A stretch of DNA of 64,000 bases from Octopus vulgaris (lineage: Eukaryota). The first letter of the stretch is position 1. Each line of letters begins with the position of its first letter. The stretch is taken from contig OX597825.1 of the NCBI GenBank assembly GCA_951406725.2, forward strand, positions 57,722,001 to 57,786,000, written 5' to 3'. Shown piece after piece: positions 13,861 through 25,164 of this stretch. The notes under the pieces were generated by a model, which was not told where the DNA came from, made no database searches, and worked only from the letters and a program-made list of their open reading frames with translations. The translations under genes were made by a program, and so were the position numbers.

Positions 13861-14567
13861 CACCTTTTGTGGTTTCTTTTCAGGGGATTTATTAATAGAG
13901 CTTGAATTTAGTAGAAAGCTCAAGAGAATAATGAATCTTTTGTTCAGAGTTAACCTTTTGAGAAGACAATGCTTCTGAACCGTGTGTTACGTAAGTTTTG
14001 TATTAAGATCGCAATATACAGTTATTACGAAATTCAAAATCCGTCTTGACTTAACCGATTGCTGACTGATTTAGCTATGGGCATTATTGATCTATTTCAA
14101 ATAGCGTTGGTTTTATTGAAGTTTGTTTCACATTACTTTGCACTCAAAAATCCGTTTCGTTATGAACCAAAGCATGCTAATTGCAACTGGGGTTATTTGT
14201 GTCTTCAATTGCTTATCTTCAATTGGTAATCTTCAATTGCTAATCTGCCTTCAATCTATGTTATAATTCTGCTTGCTCATTCGTTCACAGCGTTACGCTT
14301 TAGATTGGAAGAGAGAGGGGGAAGGCCGAGGGAGTGAGAGGTGGAGTGAGCGCGACAGAAAAGAAGGGAAAGTGAGAGATAGTGAGGGGTACAGGGAACG
14401 TGAGAGAGAGAGGGAGGGAGGGGGGATCTAGTGAGAAAGCAAATATCTACTTCCATTAACCATGCTGTTATGTGGTTAGAAGAAGCAAGAGTTGAAAAAC
14501 AGAGAAAGACGGAAATGAAACGAGGGATTGTATGGTTAAACAGTTTGTTGAATAGGTAGAGAGAGAT

Positions 14568-14631
<64 letters not shown>

Positions 14632-14859
14632 AAGTGTTGAACAGGGAAATTTTAAAATCATATAATATATTATTGTGTCAACCGATATATTGTGTCGAAG
14701 TGAAATAAGCTCGCAAAATAATGGCGGGTGTTATTTTAAAAAATTTACAATAGAATTGAAACTAATTATGTAAATAAAAACGTTGTGCATATTCTCTATA
14801 TCGTTTTGTATAAACTAATTGTATATAGTTGTATATAATTTATTGGCACAAGCTTGCCT

Positions 14860-15210
14860 GAGGTAAGAAGCTTGCTTCCCAGCCAGATGGCACCGGGTTC
14901 AGTTCCACAGCGTAGCACCTTAGGCAAATACCTTCTACTGTAGCCTTGTGAGTGGATTTGGTAGACCGAAAATGAAAGAAGTCCGTCGTATATTATGCAT
15001 GTGTGTGTGTGTGTGTGTATTTGTTTCCTCACAATCGCTTAGCAACCGATGCTGATGTCCCCGTAATTTAGCGGTTCGGCAAAAGTGACCAATAGAATAA
15101 GTACTAAGCTTACAAAGAATAAGCCCTGAGATCGATTTCTTCGACTAAAGCCCTTCAAGGCGGTGCTCCAGCATGGTCACAGTCAACTGGCTGAAACAGG
15201 TAAAAGGATA
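14860..15210 (+). mobile_element. Family B CORE-SINE (OR-like)
   Basis: GGTAAGAAGCTTGCTTCCC head, CACCTTAGGCAA CORE-like segment, internal (TG)n, and AAGGCGGTGCTCCAGCATGG tail. Confidence 0.8.
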
Positions 15211-15278
15211 GAAGAAGAAGAATAGTATAAAATAATTATGATAAAATATTGTGTAATAAGGAATATATATATATCGAT

Positions 15279-15455
15279 TAGCAGCTAAGCCCGGTTTCAC
15301 TCGGTCGGTTTAGACGATGTGGCAGTAAAACCTGCTCTGTGTAAGCATTCGACTTGTTTGGACACGATTACGTTAAAAACAATTTTAGAATGATTTTTTT
15401 TCTGTCAAAACGCAAAAAAAAACAAAGATGAACCATCCCACTTCCATTGCACGCG

Positions 15456-15508
<53 letters not shown>

Positions 15509-15973
15509 ACACATACACATACTCACATTCACATACACACACATATATTCACACAGAGTTGAAATGATCTTTGATTTATATTTTTAGTGTACAATTTTCA
15601 TCATCCCACTACCAAGTATGACATCACCCCTTCCTTCGTTATTTATCAATCACCCCTTTTCTCATTCATAAACACAAGAGTACTATTATAGTAGATTATC
15701 TCGGTAACCATGGGAGCTATGAAAAATATATGACATCACCCCTTCCTTCCTTATTCATCTATCACCCCTTCCTTTCTCATTCATAGACACAAGATCATTA
15801 TCATAGTAGATTATCTTCGGTAACCATAGGAGCTGTGAAATAATACAAAACCCAGCATCACCACTGGATCATTCTGCACATCTGTGTAATTTTTCGCGCA
15901 ATTCCACCCAGCCGTTTGACCGTGAATTCCAAGACAAGAAAGAATCGCCCATGTCAAATTTATATGTATAGAT
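15279..15973 (+). mobile_element. Non-autonomous Helentron/HINE (Lep1-like) element with internal 112-bp tandem duplication
   Basis: Starts TAGCAGCTAAGCCCGGTTTCACTCGG and ends CAGCCGTTTGACCGTGA...TATATGTATAGAT, with internal (CA)n and two ~112-bp units at 15617 and 15729. The architecture recalls DINE-1/Lep1 elements. Confidence 0.55.
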
Positions 15974-16235
15974 TATATATTGATCTTGGAGTTTCAATAG
16001 AATTAAATACTAAGAAGTGTATTAAGTACTGTATAGATTGTTAGTGTATATTTTTCAATCATTTATTGCAGAGGTAACAAAAACATTTATATGCAATGAA
16101 AGTGAAAACCATCCATTCTTTCTTACGTAGCTTCTCTTAATTTTTTCTGTTCCTGCTAATCTTAGCTTCTTGGCCTTTGTATTTTTCAAATTTGTCATAC
16201 TTTTTTGCAGACACATTTTTGTCTTATGGTATAGT

Positions 16236-16286
<51 letters not shown>

Positions 16287-16287
<1 letters not shown>

Positions 16288-16775
16288 CAGTACCAAACAG
16301 TGGCTCTCATGGCTTCTGATCATAACTGATTGGAAATGTTATCATGTACATTGATTCGTCTTGGTATAAGAGATGGGCTACAGCAAATATTCTGCTCAAT
16401 ACCACAGATTTACCGTAACCAGTTGAGCATGTTCCTTAGAGGCTGACGATATGTGTATCTCTGATCATGAGCAGAAGTAGTGGGGGAGCACCATAGCCAT
16501 GTGTTGAGAGGAATTCTTTGGGGTTTGAATAATTCACTTCTGGAAACATGGGTATTTCGTTCAACATCCTCAAAAAACCCTTATTCAGTGACCTATTGAG
16601 CTGGATGGGCTACTCGATCTGAAGAAAATTCTAACTGGGCCCCACCTGCAAGGTCATACGCTGTTTATATTGATATGAGATCACCATGTCATGTACATAT
16701 GGTTGTGATGCATGTACCTGGGGTACCCTTATCAGAAGGGTAGTCAGGGTGGGTATACTGGGCTTCGTATATATA
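16287..16775. mobile_element. Interspersed repeat embedded in (TAA)n, possibly an R4/Dong-related UTR
   Basis: Complex ~490-bp segment flanked on both sides by (TAA)n. Dong-type LINEs target TAA repeats. Confidence 0.4.
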
Positions 16776-17028
16776 TGCACTTCTCTCTCACTCAATAATA
16801 ATAATAATGTTGATAATAATAATAATTTTTTATCCCAGATTATCTTAGCACTCCTGGAGTCTTGCATACGTAGCAGGCATTCTACCTGCAGCCTACAGTA
16901 CCATGCTACCCTTTCTTTTCAGCTATCTTTCCTGATTATTCTGGCTGCACCAAGGAGGCAAACCTTCTGTAACAATTCTACTTAGCACTCTATTTCAATT
17001 TCTTTTATATTCCTCTTGATGCCTTCTG

Positions 17029-17087
<59 letters not shown>

Positions 17088-17119
17088 CACCATTCTTCTT
17101 ATTATTATTGTCATTAATG

Positions 17120-17300
17120 TGGCGGCGAGTTGACAGAATCGTTAGCACGCCGCCTAAATGTTTTTCATCCGTCTTTACGTGCTGAGTTTAAATTCCGCCG
17201 GGGTCGATAAATTAAATACCAGTCAAGTACTGTGTTCAATGTAATCGACTGGCCCCATTCCCCAAAATTCCAGTCCTTTTACCTATAGTAGAAAGGATTA
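17120..17300 (+). mobile_element. Family A SINE
   Basis: GGCGGCGAGTTGACAGAATCGTTAGCACGCC head plus core and tail. Confidence 0.8.
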
Positions 17301-17661
17301 TTATTATTATTATTACATTTTCATTATCGATTCGAAAGATACGCCTAGAATGTGATCTATTTTATAATATGCATAAGTTATGTCTTGGAAAACATACGTA
17401 TCATACTCCAGTTTTAAAAAAACCTGCTTTTTTAGAACACCTGAAGAATCCCATTGTAATTCTTCGTGTCACTCCCTTAATAAGTTAGCACGTGTATTAT
17501 GCTCTCTAGGCTAGTTATCGCTAAAAATTGGTTGTGAGGAACACAACAACAATAATTTATCATATTCCCTTACTTTCTCTTATGTTTTTTTATTCATATT
17601 TTCTTAGCTGTTATATAAGAAGTGTATTTGAACGAATGCCTATATTTGTTTATATAAGAAA

Positions 17662-17708
<47 letters not shown>

Positions 17709-18206
17709 TATCAATAATATTAATACGCTTAGTTATTTTTGTTTTTGTTTTTTGTATCTGTGGTGTGTATCACACTTCAATGGAAGAGGGAAAAAGATTG
17801 AAGGGAGGGGTACAAAGAAAAGAGAAACAAAAGGTATGAAGTAGAGGAGGTATACTTGAAGTCAGTAGCAAAGCGCGAGAGAGGGGAGGGACAGAAGCAG
17901 AGGAAGTATACTTGAAGGAGGTATACATGAAGTGAGAGGCAAAGCGGGAAAGAAGAGAAAGTAAGAGGGAGTGAGAGGGAGAGAGAGAGAGAGAAAGAGA
18001 GAGAAAGGGGAGATTGATAGCGCTGAGAGGTAAGAGAAATATAACGCGATAAAGGCAGGACAGTTGGAGGCAAGGAGATATAGAGAAGGGAGAAGGGAGG
18101 GAGGGGGAAAAGAGAGTGATTTAGAGAGGTAGATTAAGTGAAGAAAGGGAGTGGATAGAGAATAATAGTGAAAGATAATGGAACCATTTTCATACAGAAA
18201 GAGAAA

Positions 18207-18238
<32 letters not shown>

Positions 18239-18824
18239 TAGATACATAGCTCGAAAGAAAAGTCGATGCATAGATACGTAGACACATTGATAAATCAAAG
18301 ACAAATACCTACAACAAATATTGGATGACACTTTCACTTTTCGTTACCATACGAGGATAAAATTAACTCGCAAGTGGCTGAGTACTCCACAGCCATGCAT
18401 AGTTCTCAGGTAGATTCAGTCTCACACAGAATATGACAAGGCTGGCCTCTTTCAATTACAGTTACAACTCATTTTGGCCAGCTGAGTGGACAGGAGCAAG
18501 ATAAACCTTCAAGTGGTTGGAAGGAAACGAAAAAAGATCCTACATATGGGTAGGAAAATCTTTTTAGTCGTTAGGGTCACTACGGGCGTTAATCCAGTCC
18601 TAACAGTGACATTTGTGGGTCTCACAAATCTGGAGGCCAAGCTCCCAGATAAATATCGATGCGCAGTCTTTTATTATCAAACTGAGCGTGAGTCCAGGGC
18701 GAAATCGCTACACGACGGAACAGTAATTATTTCGTCTTAGCTTTCATTGCTTATACTAAACACATGACATTTTTGCCCTACGATATGGAACATTTCCTTT
18801 TCTTTCAATCTTTCTAAAATGTAG

Positions 18825-19145
18825 TACTCCATCGCTTACGAAGACGAGGTTCCTGGTTATCTGATCAACTGAACAGTCTCCTCGTAAAATTAGCGCGCAA
18901 GTGGCTGAATACTCCACAGACATGCATACCATATGGTAGTTCTCATGGAGATCCGGCCTCATATAGAATGTGACAAGGCTCTCCTCTTTAAATTACAGTT
19001 ACAACTCATTTTTGCCAGCTGAGTGGACTGCAACAAGGTGAAGTAGAGTATCTTGCTCAAGAACACAGCGCGCCGCCGGGGATCATACTCATGACTTTAC
19101 GATCGTGGGCCGAATACCCCTAACCGCTGAGTCACGCACCTTCAC
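18825..19145 (-). mobile_element. Family C SINE (CORE-like head with a tail shared with 46362-46550)
   Basis: tRNA-like head at 19145-19070; tail GCAAGTGGCTGAATACTCCACAGAC. A partial second copy lies at 18350-18500. Confidence 0.7.
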
Positions 19146-19691
19146 TCTCTTAACCGTAGAGAAAAGGATTGAAACAATAGAGACAGAGAAAGGAAAGCCT
19201 CAGTAATTTAAAATGACAATTAGACTGAAATACGATCGATCTTTTCTAGCTTCTTTACTTCTAACAATGAAGAAGAGGGAAAGACATTTAGTAATGAATA
19301 GAGGGGAAGTCTTTCAGGTGTTTATGTTTCCAATTCTAGAACGATCGACTGTTAATTCTCTCTTCTTTCCTCGACCCCCGGTACTTATTCGCCTTCATTC
19401 ATAGTTCTACATGTTTTTCAGGTACGTTTAACGTTTTTTCTACAAACTACAAACAAGCTCCACTCCTTTCCTTTTTTTCTTTTAATACAAATACTAATGC
19501 AAATTTCTAACGGTGTATAGCTGTGAAAAGAGCCCAGAAAAGGAGTAGTACCCCCTACAAAATGGTTGGGGGAGAGATGTTAACAAAACACGAAATTCAT
19601 CTCTATACTTTAAAGAGCGTCTTCTACTTTCGATCGGGTCGACCAAAGCTTCGTGAGAGGATTTCACAGACGGAAACTGAAAGAAGCCCGT

Positions 19692-19750
<59 letters not shown>

Positions 19751-19753
<3 letters not shown>

Positions 19754-19980
19754 GGAGTAAACACATAAATGTGAAACAAGGTGGAAAAAAAGAGTACTCA
19801 AATACCAGTGGTAGAGTAATATGCTTTATTTAAAGCAGCAGAAAATTCAACAAAACCTCTTACTCTGAGTTTCACGTTGCCGTTCGTCGGACAGTTTTTG
19901 CTAGAAAAACTGTCCGACGAACGGCAACGTGAAACTCAGAGTAAGAGGTTTTGTTGAATTTTCTGCTGCTTTAAATAAAG
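19751..19980. mobile_element. Penelope-like pseudo-LTR fragment in inverted (foldback) arrangement
   Basis: Insertion within (TA)n. 19824-19899 is the exact reverse complement of 19905-19980, and the arms carry a minimal hammerhead motif typical of PLE pLTRs. Confidence 0.65.
19905..19952 (+). ncRNA. Minimal type I hammerhead ribozyme motif (mirror copy on the minus strand at 19852-19899)
   Basis: CCGACGA (C3, U4C, G5, A6, N7, G8, A9), stem II ACG-GCAA-CGU, GAAA, stem III CUC-A-GAG and cleavage triplet GUA at 19941-19943. Stem I AAAACUGU/AGAGGUUUU is imperfect. Confidence 0.65.
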
Positions 19981-20723
19981 TATATATATATATATATATG
20001 TATGTATATGTATATATTTACACACACACACATACATATATTTATGCGTGTGTTTGTGTTTGTTTCCCCACCACCATTACTTGGCAACCAATGTTGGTGT
20101 GCTTGCGTCTCCGTGACTTAACTGATCGACAGAATAAACTGATAGAATAAGCACCAGGCTTACAGGAAATAAGCCCAGGGGTCGATTTCTTTGACTAAAG
20201 GGCGGCGCTGTAGCATGTCCACAGTCAAATGGCTGAAGCAAGTAAACGAATAAAAGAATACCAGAAAAACATTCCGTACCACTAAACGAAGAAGGTTCTT
20301 TAAATATGTCAGATGTATTTTAAGGCTAAATAGTAATTCTGTTTACGTTTGCGTAACTGAGATATTTTGGTTGGATTATATAGTTATCGGTTTTACACTT
20401 TTTTCTATATTCTGTAAGTGTCACATTATAGAAACATTTCTCATGGAATCAGCACTTATTTGCATATGTTTACATTTTTTTATGCTTTCCGTGAAGTTTT
20501 CACGGGTCCAGCTAGTTATTATTATTTTTATTCCAATCTTATTTTATAAGTCAAGTTGTTTTTCACTTGATCCACTCCGATAGTAAACAGCCATTAATCA
20601 TAAGGATGATTTTGTAAAGACACGAATCCAGCTACAGTGGAACTTAATCATAAACAATTTTTCATCAAAAGACTACTACCACAAGAATTTATCTTACAGT
20701 AGTGTATCTACCAGAAAGTATTG

Positions 20724-20975
20724 TGGAGGAGCGTGGCTTAGTAGTTAGGGTATTGAACACATGATCGTAATACTATGGTTTCGATTCCTGGAGCGGGCGA
20801 CACTTTGTGTTTTTGAGCAAAACACTTCATTTCACGTTGCTCCAGTCCACTCAACTGGCAAAAATGAGGAATCCTGCGACGGATCGGCGTCCCGTCCAGG
20901 TGAAACTTATAGGTCATGAAACCTGGAAATTGGCCCTTATGAGTCGGCAGGGCTCGAAAAGGTATCCTTTACCTT
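20724..20975 (+). mobile_element. Family C SINE with V-domain-like tail
   Basis: tRNA head, TTGAGCAAAACACTTCATTTCAC, and CCTGCGACGGATCGGCGTCCCGTCCAGG (V-SINE-like). Confidence 0.75.
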
Positions 20976-21119
20976 TACTTTACCTTCCAAAAGATATATT
21001 GTTGCATTTCACATGTTGCTCTGCGTTGAAATAATGCTTTCAATATGATCTATTTCGTAGCAACGGAAATAATTATCTTAAATATAAAATACAAAGATGT
21101 TGTGGATGTTGCATTATTA

Positions 21120-21440
21120 ATTATTTATTTATTTATGCGCCCTTTTTAAGCCTAGTAAGCTCATGGGCCCGGTTTCCCGGTTTCTGTGGAGTATGTGTTT
21201 CCCCTAGCTGAACAGGACGCCAGTCCATCGCAGCGTTACCCAAGAAACAGGGAGAAAGAGTGAGAGAAAGTTGGAGCGAAAGAGTACAACAGGGGTCGCC
21301 GCCACCCCCTGCCGGAGCCTCATGGAGCTTCTAGGTATTTTCGATCAATAAACACACACAACCCCCGGTCTGGGAATCGAAACCGCGATCATCCAACCGC
21401 GAGTCCGCTGCCCTAACCACTGGGCCATTGCGCTTCCACG
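21120..21440 (-). mobile_element. SINE with tRNA(Arg)-like head and V-domain-like tail
   Basis: Head near-identical to 46748-46600; tail CTGCGATGGACTGGCGTCC on the minus strand. Confidence 0.8.
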
Positions 21441-21499
21441 GAGGTTGCATACTCTGTTGAATATTCACAGGTCCAGCTAGTATTTATAAATCTTAATGT

Positions 21500-21745
21500 T
21501 TGCTCTTCTCTGGAATGCATTTATATCCGCGTAATCTCTCGATGTTTTCACAGATGTGTGTATGCTTCATTCCAGATGTACCAATTACAAATGATGGACA
21601 GCAGATTTTTGAATGGCATGTCTTTCTTCAAGAACTAAGTCAGGGTAATTCCATATCTTTTCAGCTCATTTCGGGATTCCTATGTCATTCGGGATTGCTA
21701 TGTCAGTTATTAAGACAGCATTGTTCTTTTTGTCATGATGAATAA
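21500..21745 (-). mobile_element. Decayed REL-endonuclease end of an R4/Dong-like LINE
   Basis: Minus translation AVLITDIAIPND...EKIWNYPDL and FVIGTSG, similar to the REL segment at 57260-57520. Confidence 0.4.
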
Positions 21746-22689
21746 TACAAGGTTTACTACATGTAGTCTAAAGAATTTGTATGCTAAAACTCCATTAAAT
21801 TTTTTTTTGCATTGTCATTTTCTAAGACAGGTGGGCATTCCTATAGATATGCCATAACATCTTTAACAGTAAACAAAAAAATCTAGTTTCTTTATCCCTG
21901 GCACCTGACATCAAACTAAAGCATTTTTTAATTGACAGCTGTTTATAATGTTTCAATTCTATAGCGTGTGAAATAATAGCATTTAAATTCTTTTAAACAA
22001 AACAAATTTCTACCTTGAATGGTTTGTAAGAATGTATTTTTACGATAAGAGTCTTGTCTAGGTCACTGACTTAAATATTTTGTTATGCTAGAAATTCCGG
22101 ATATTTTGCCCCTTTCTTTCCTTTCTAACTTGTGTAGGTATCCCAACAACCGTGAGAACGTAAATACGTGAATTAAAATTAACTTCCCAAGTAACTTCCG
22201 GAAATACTCTATTAATTGTAACTGTCTTTTGTTTTCTTTACATCAATAATTCAGATGTCAGGATATCCCCTTCAGTACTGTATGACATCAACCTTCGTTC
22301 ATAGGAATGCTGTGTTTGTGAGGGATCAGTTGTAAATTTAGAAATATCTGTATCTATTTTCAAAACAAAACTGGCTGAGTCTATAAAGTACAATAAAACG
22401 ACAAGTGAGATATTAGAGGTTTGTAGCTTGTCATCGGCTTTAAGGTGTGTTTATGACCAAGAACTATGACTGAGAACTATGATTAAGAAATCAAACTAAT
22501 CCCACACCATGCCTATATTCAATTTCAATTAATTTAAATTTCCTCTACTTTGCTGGGCCAAAATTAATCATTTAGCTCGTGGGATTTTCTACGCATTTGA
22601 TGGGCATGTTAATACAAATTTAACTATTAGTTTTTCAAGCAAAAGGTATTCCTAGTCAATATTTCTCCAGTCAATATTTTGTGATAAAG

Positions 22690-22900
22690 AAGCCTGCGAG
22701 CTGGCAGAATCTAACACGCCTGGCGAAATGGTTAGCGGTATTTCGTCCGTCTTCATGTTCTGAGTTCAAATTCCGCCGAGCCGTCTTTGCCTTTCATCAT
22801 TTCGAAGTCGATGAAATAAGTACCAGTCGAAAACAGGAGTCGATATAATTGACTTACACTTCCTGAAGTTACTGGCTTTGTGCCAAAATTTGAAACCATT
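22690..22900 (+). mobile_element. Family A SINE
   Basis: GCGAGCTGGCAGAATC head and GAGTTCAAATTCCGCCGAG B-box. Confidence 0.8.
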
Positions 22901-23017
22901 AGTTTGTGATAAAGAAAATATATGAGATATATTTTGAAGAGTTAGAGACTATGACAACCCTGAAATATGTTTTAGACCAATTTTACCTGTGATCAAGTGT
23001 TAAGCTAATGATCATGA

Positions 23018-23455
23018 GTTAGTTAGTTAGTTGGTTAGTTAGTTAGTTAGTTAGTTAATTTGGCTCAAAAGCAAAAAGCAAGGCCATGTAGGGGGACATG
23101 GAGTTAAGTACAGGGTGGTGTTCATGTAAAGAGTTCAGGCCACTTAAGGTCAAGGGAGGCTTTGAACAAAGCGGTCGTCGGCATCTTCACCATCTCGTCT
23201 GGCAGCTTGTTCCACGGATCCGCAATCCGGACGGAGAAAGCTCCTCTCCTTCGATTGAGATGAAATCGTCGCAGGTAGAGCTTTTCGGAATGACCCCGCA
23301 GCCGACGCTCTGGAGCAGGAGTGAAGAACAGCTCTTTCGAGAGGTTACACTTTCTGCTTATGATGTTGTGGGCGAGAATGAGATCACCACGGCGGCGGCG
23401 TTTTTCAAGAGAATAAAGGTCGAGCGTCCTCAGCCTTTCTTCGTAGGACAAAATC
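23018..23455 (-). mobile_element. 5'-truncated CR1 LINE 3' end with (TAAC)n tail
   Basis: LSYEERLRTLDLYSLEKRRRRGDLI...RGHSEKL...FSVRIADPWNKLP is the classic CR1 ORF2 C-terminus; tandem tail at 23018-23056. Confidence 0.9.
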
Positions 23456-23787
23456 CATGGCCGAGAGTTGGGTGTACCATGACCAAGACAATCACTGCAC
23501 ACATTCGACTACAATGTGGCCTAGAATGCAATGCAGCCCTAATTTATGTACCCTAAGTCTGTAAAACATTTTTTATCCTCTTATCTTTTTCACTCGAATG
23601 TAATGCACCCCCTCATTCCTACTAATTTTATTCTTGATATGTTGATGTGTTGCATTAAATTTCTTGAATTGTGCATGAGTAAATGCATTAGATATTAGAA
23701 AAGTGGTATCGATATGGTTGTAAGCAGTGATAGCATAACAAAACTTCTTTGTGTTTTGAACTTAATTCTTTTGTCGGTATAGAGAAG

Positions 23788-24017
23788 GTGGCGAGCTGGC
23801 AGAAGCGTTAGCACGCCGGGCGAAATGCTTTGCGGTATTTCGTCTGCCGTTACGTTGTGAGTTCAAATTCCGCCGAGGTCGACTTCGCCTTTCATCCTTT
23901 CGGGGTCGATAAATTAAGCACCATTTACGCACTAGAGTCGATGTAATCGACTTAATACCTATGTCTGTCCTTGTTTGTCTCCTCTATGTTTAGCCCCTTG
24001 TGGGTAATAAAGAAATA
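23788..24017 (+). mobile_element. Family A SINE with 12-bp TSD
   Basis: GGTATAGAGAAG at 23776-23787 and 24018-24029. Confidence 0.88.
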
Positions 24018-24064
24018 GGTATAGAGAAGATAATGGTAAATCACCGCAGTATATTCCCCTTCAA

Positions 24065-24184
24065 TGAACCTGCTGTGGGGTCAATTTAGATAAACGGTTG
24101 GGAGGCCAGATCAGATAAACAGCTAAGAGCTATTGTGACCTGACTTTTCAGCCGTTTATCTAAACTGACCTCTGAGCAGGTTCA
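24065..24184 (+). repeat. 120-nt imperfect hairpin (MITE relic or hairpin RNA)
   Basis: TGAACCTGCT...TTTAGATAAACGG pairs with CCGTTTATCTAAA...AGCAGGTTCA. Confidence 0.8.
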
Positions 24185-24294
24185 GTTCAAAATATCGACT
24201 GAAAGGTCAACATTTCGTAGTGGATGAACCATAAACACAATACATGATTAGAAAAGGGATTTGAATTAAGGAGTTTCTCCATTCTACATGAAAT

Positions 24295-24512
24295 CCACGG
24301 ACTCATGATCGTAAGATTGTGGTTTCGATTCCTAGATCGGGCGACGCGTTGTGTTCTTGAGCAAAACACTTCATTTCACGTTGCTCCAGTCCACTCAGCT
24401 GACAAAAACGAGTAATCCTTTGACGGACTGGCGTCCCGTCCAAGTGGGGAAATTATATGCCATGTAAACCTGGAAACTGGCCCTTATGAGTCGACACAAC
24501 TCGAGAAGGTAA
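24295..24512 (+). mobile_element. Family C SINE with V-like tail
   Basis: Close paralogue of 20724-20975. Confidence 0.75.
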
Positions 24513-25057
24513 CCTTCACTATTATTTACAGACTGATTCTACAGCGAAAGTACAATGCAGTCAGCCGTAACTCGCGAGCGAGTTTGGTAACGTAGCATCC
24601 CTTTGCTAATGTTTTAGGTAAGCAGACATAGACAATTTCTCGGTCCTCTCACTATTGATTTAGCAGAAAATCGAGAATGCTACAGTTGGAGGAAGAAAGG
24701 CTCAGTACCTGCACTCAGCTGGTGCTCATTGATAGATGAGTGGACTTGAACAGTGTGGAATGAAATGCTCACTCAAGGTCACAACCCGCTTCGCTGTCCA
24801 CGAATCGAACCCACGTTACGATGATCATGAGCCAAGTATCCCTAACCCCTAAGCTACGAGTAGTCAGAATTACAAAATAAAGTGGGAAAAAATGGTGGGG
24901 TTGTTTGAGGGTTTGTACTCAGCAGTGCAGAGATAGTTCTAGTAGTAGTAGAAATGACAGAAGGTGGACACATCATGCCGGTATGTTAGTGTGGTAGCTT
25001 TATATTGGTTTGGAATAGCAGCAGTAGTAGTAGCAGCAGCAACTCCAGCAGTAACAC

Positions 25058-25164
25058 CAGCCGTTCAAGAATTTGGATCTGGAGATCTCCATTTCCAGCG
25101 ACTTCGAGGGCCACCTCTCAGTGGTGTCGGGCGTCAACGAAGAGCCCTCGACTACAACAAGACG
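25058..25164. repeat. 107-bp GC-rich duplicated unit, copy 2
   Basis: 106/107 identical to 13419-13525. Confidence 0.95.

Larger units (their letters stand above)
19610..20260 (+). mobile_element. Family B CORE-SINE interrupted in its (TA)n by a 230-bp insertion
   Basis: ACGGAAACTGAAAGAAGCCCG precedes the (TA)n, and the tail resumes at about 20050. Confidence 0.75.
19200..22680 (+). pseudogene. Putative decayed LRR-protein (Toll-like ectodomain) pseudogene fragments, interrupted by SINEs
   Basis: Hand-translated peptides: FFKYVRCILRLNSNSV (~20295), YLPKDILLHFT (~20980), repeated (V/I)FTGPAS (~20496 and ~21461), and IRELKLTS..SGNT/INCNCLLFSLHQ*F (22164-22255, LRRCT-like). Many stops and frameshifts. 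Confidence 0.4.
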
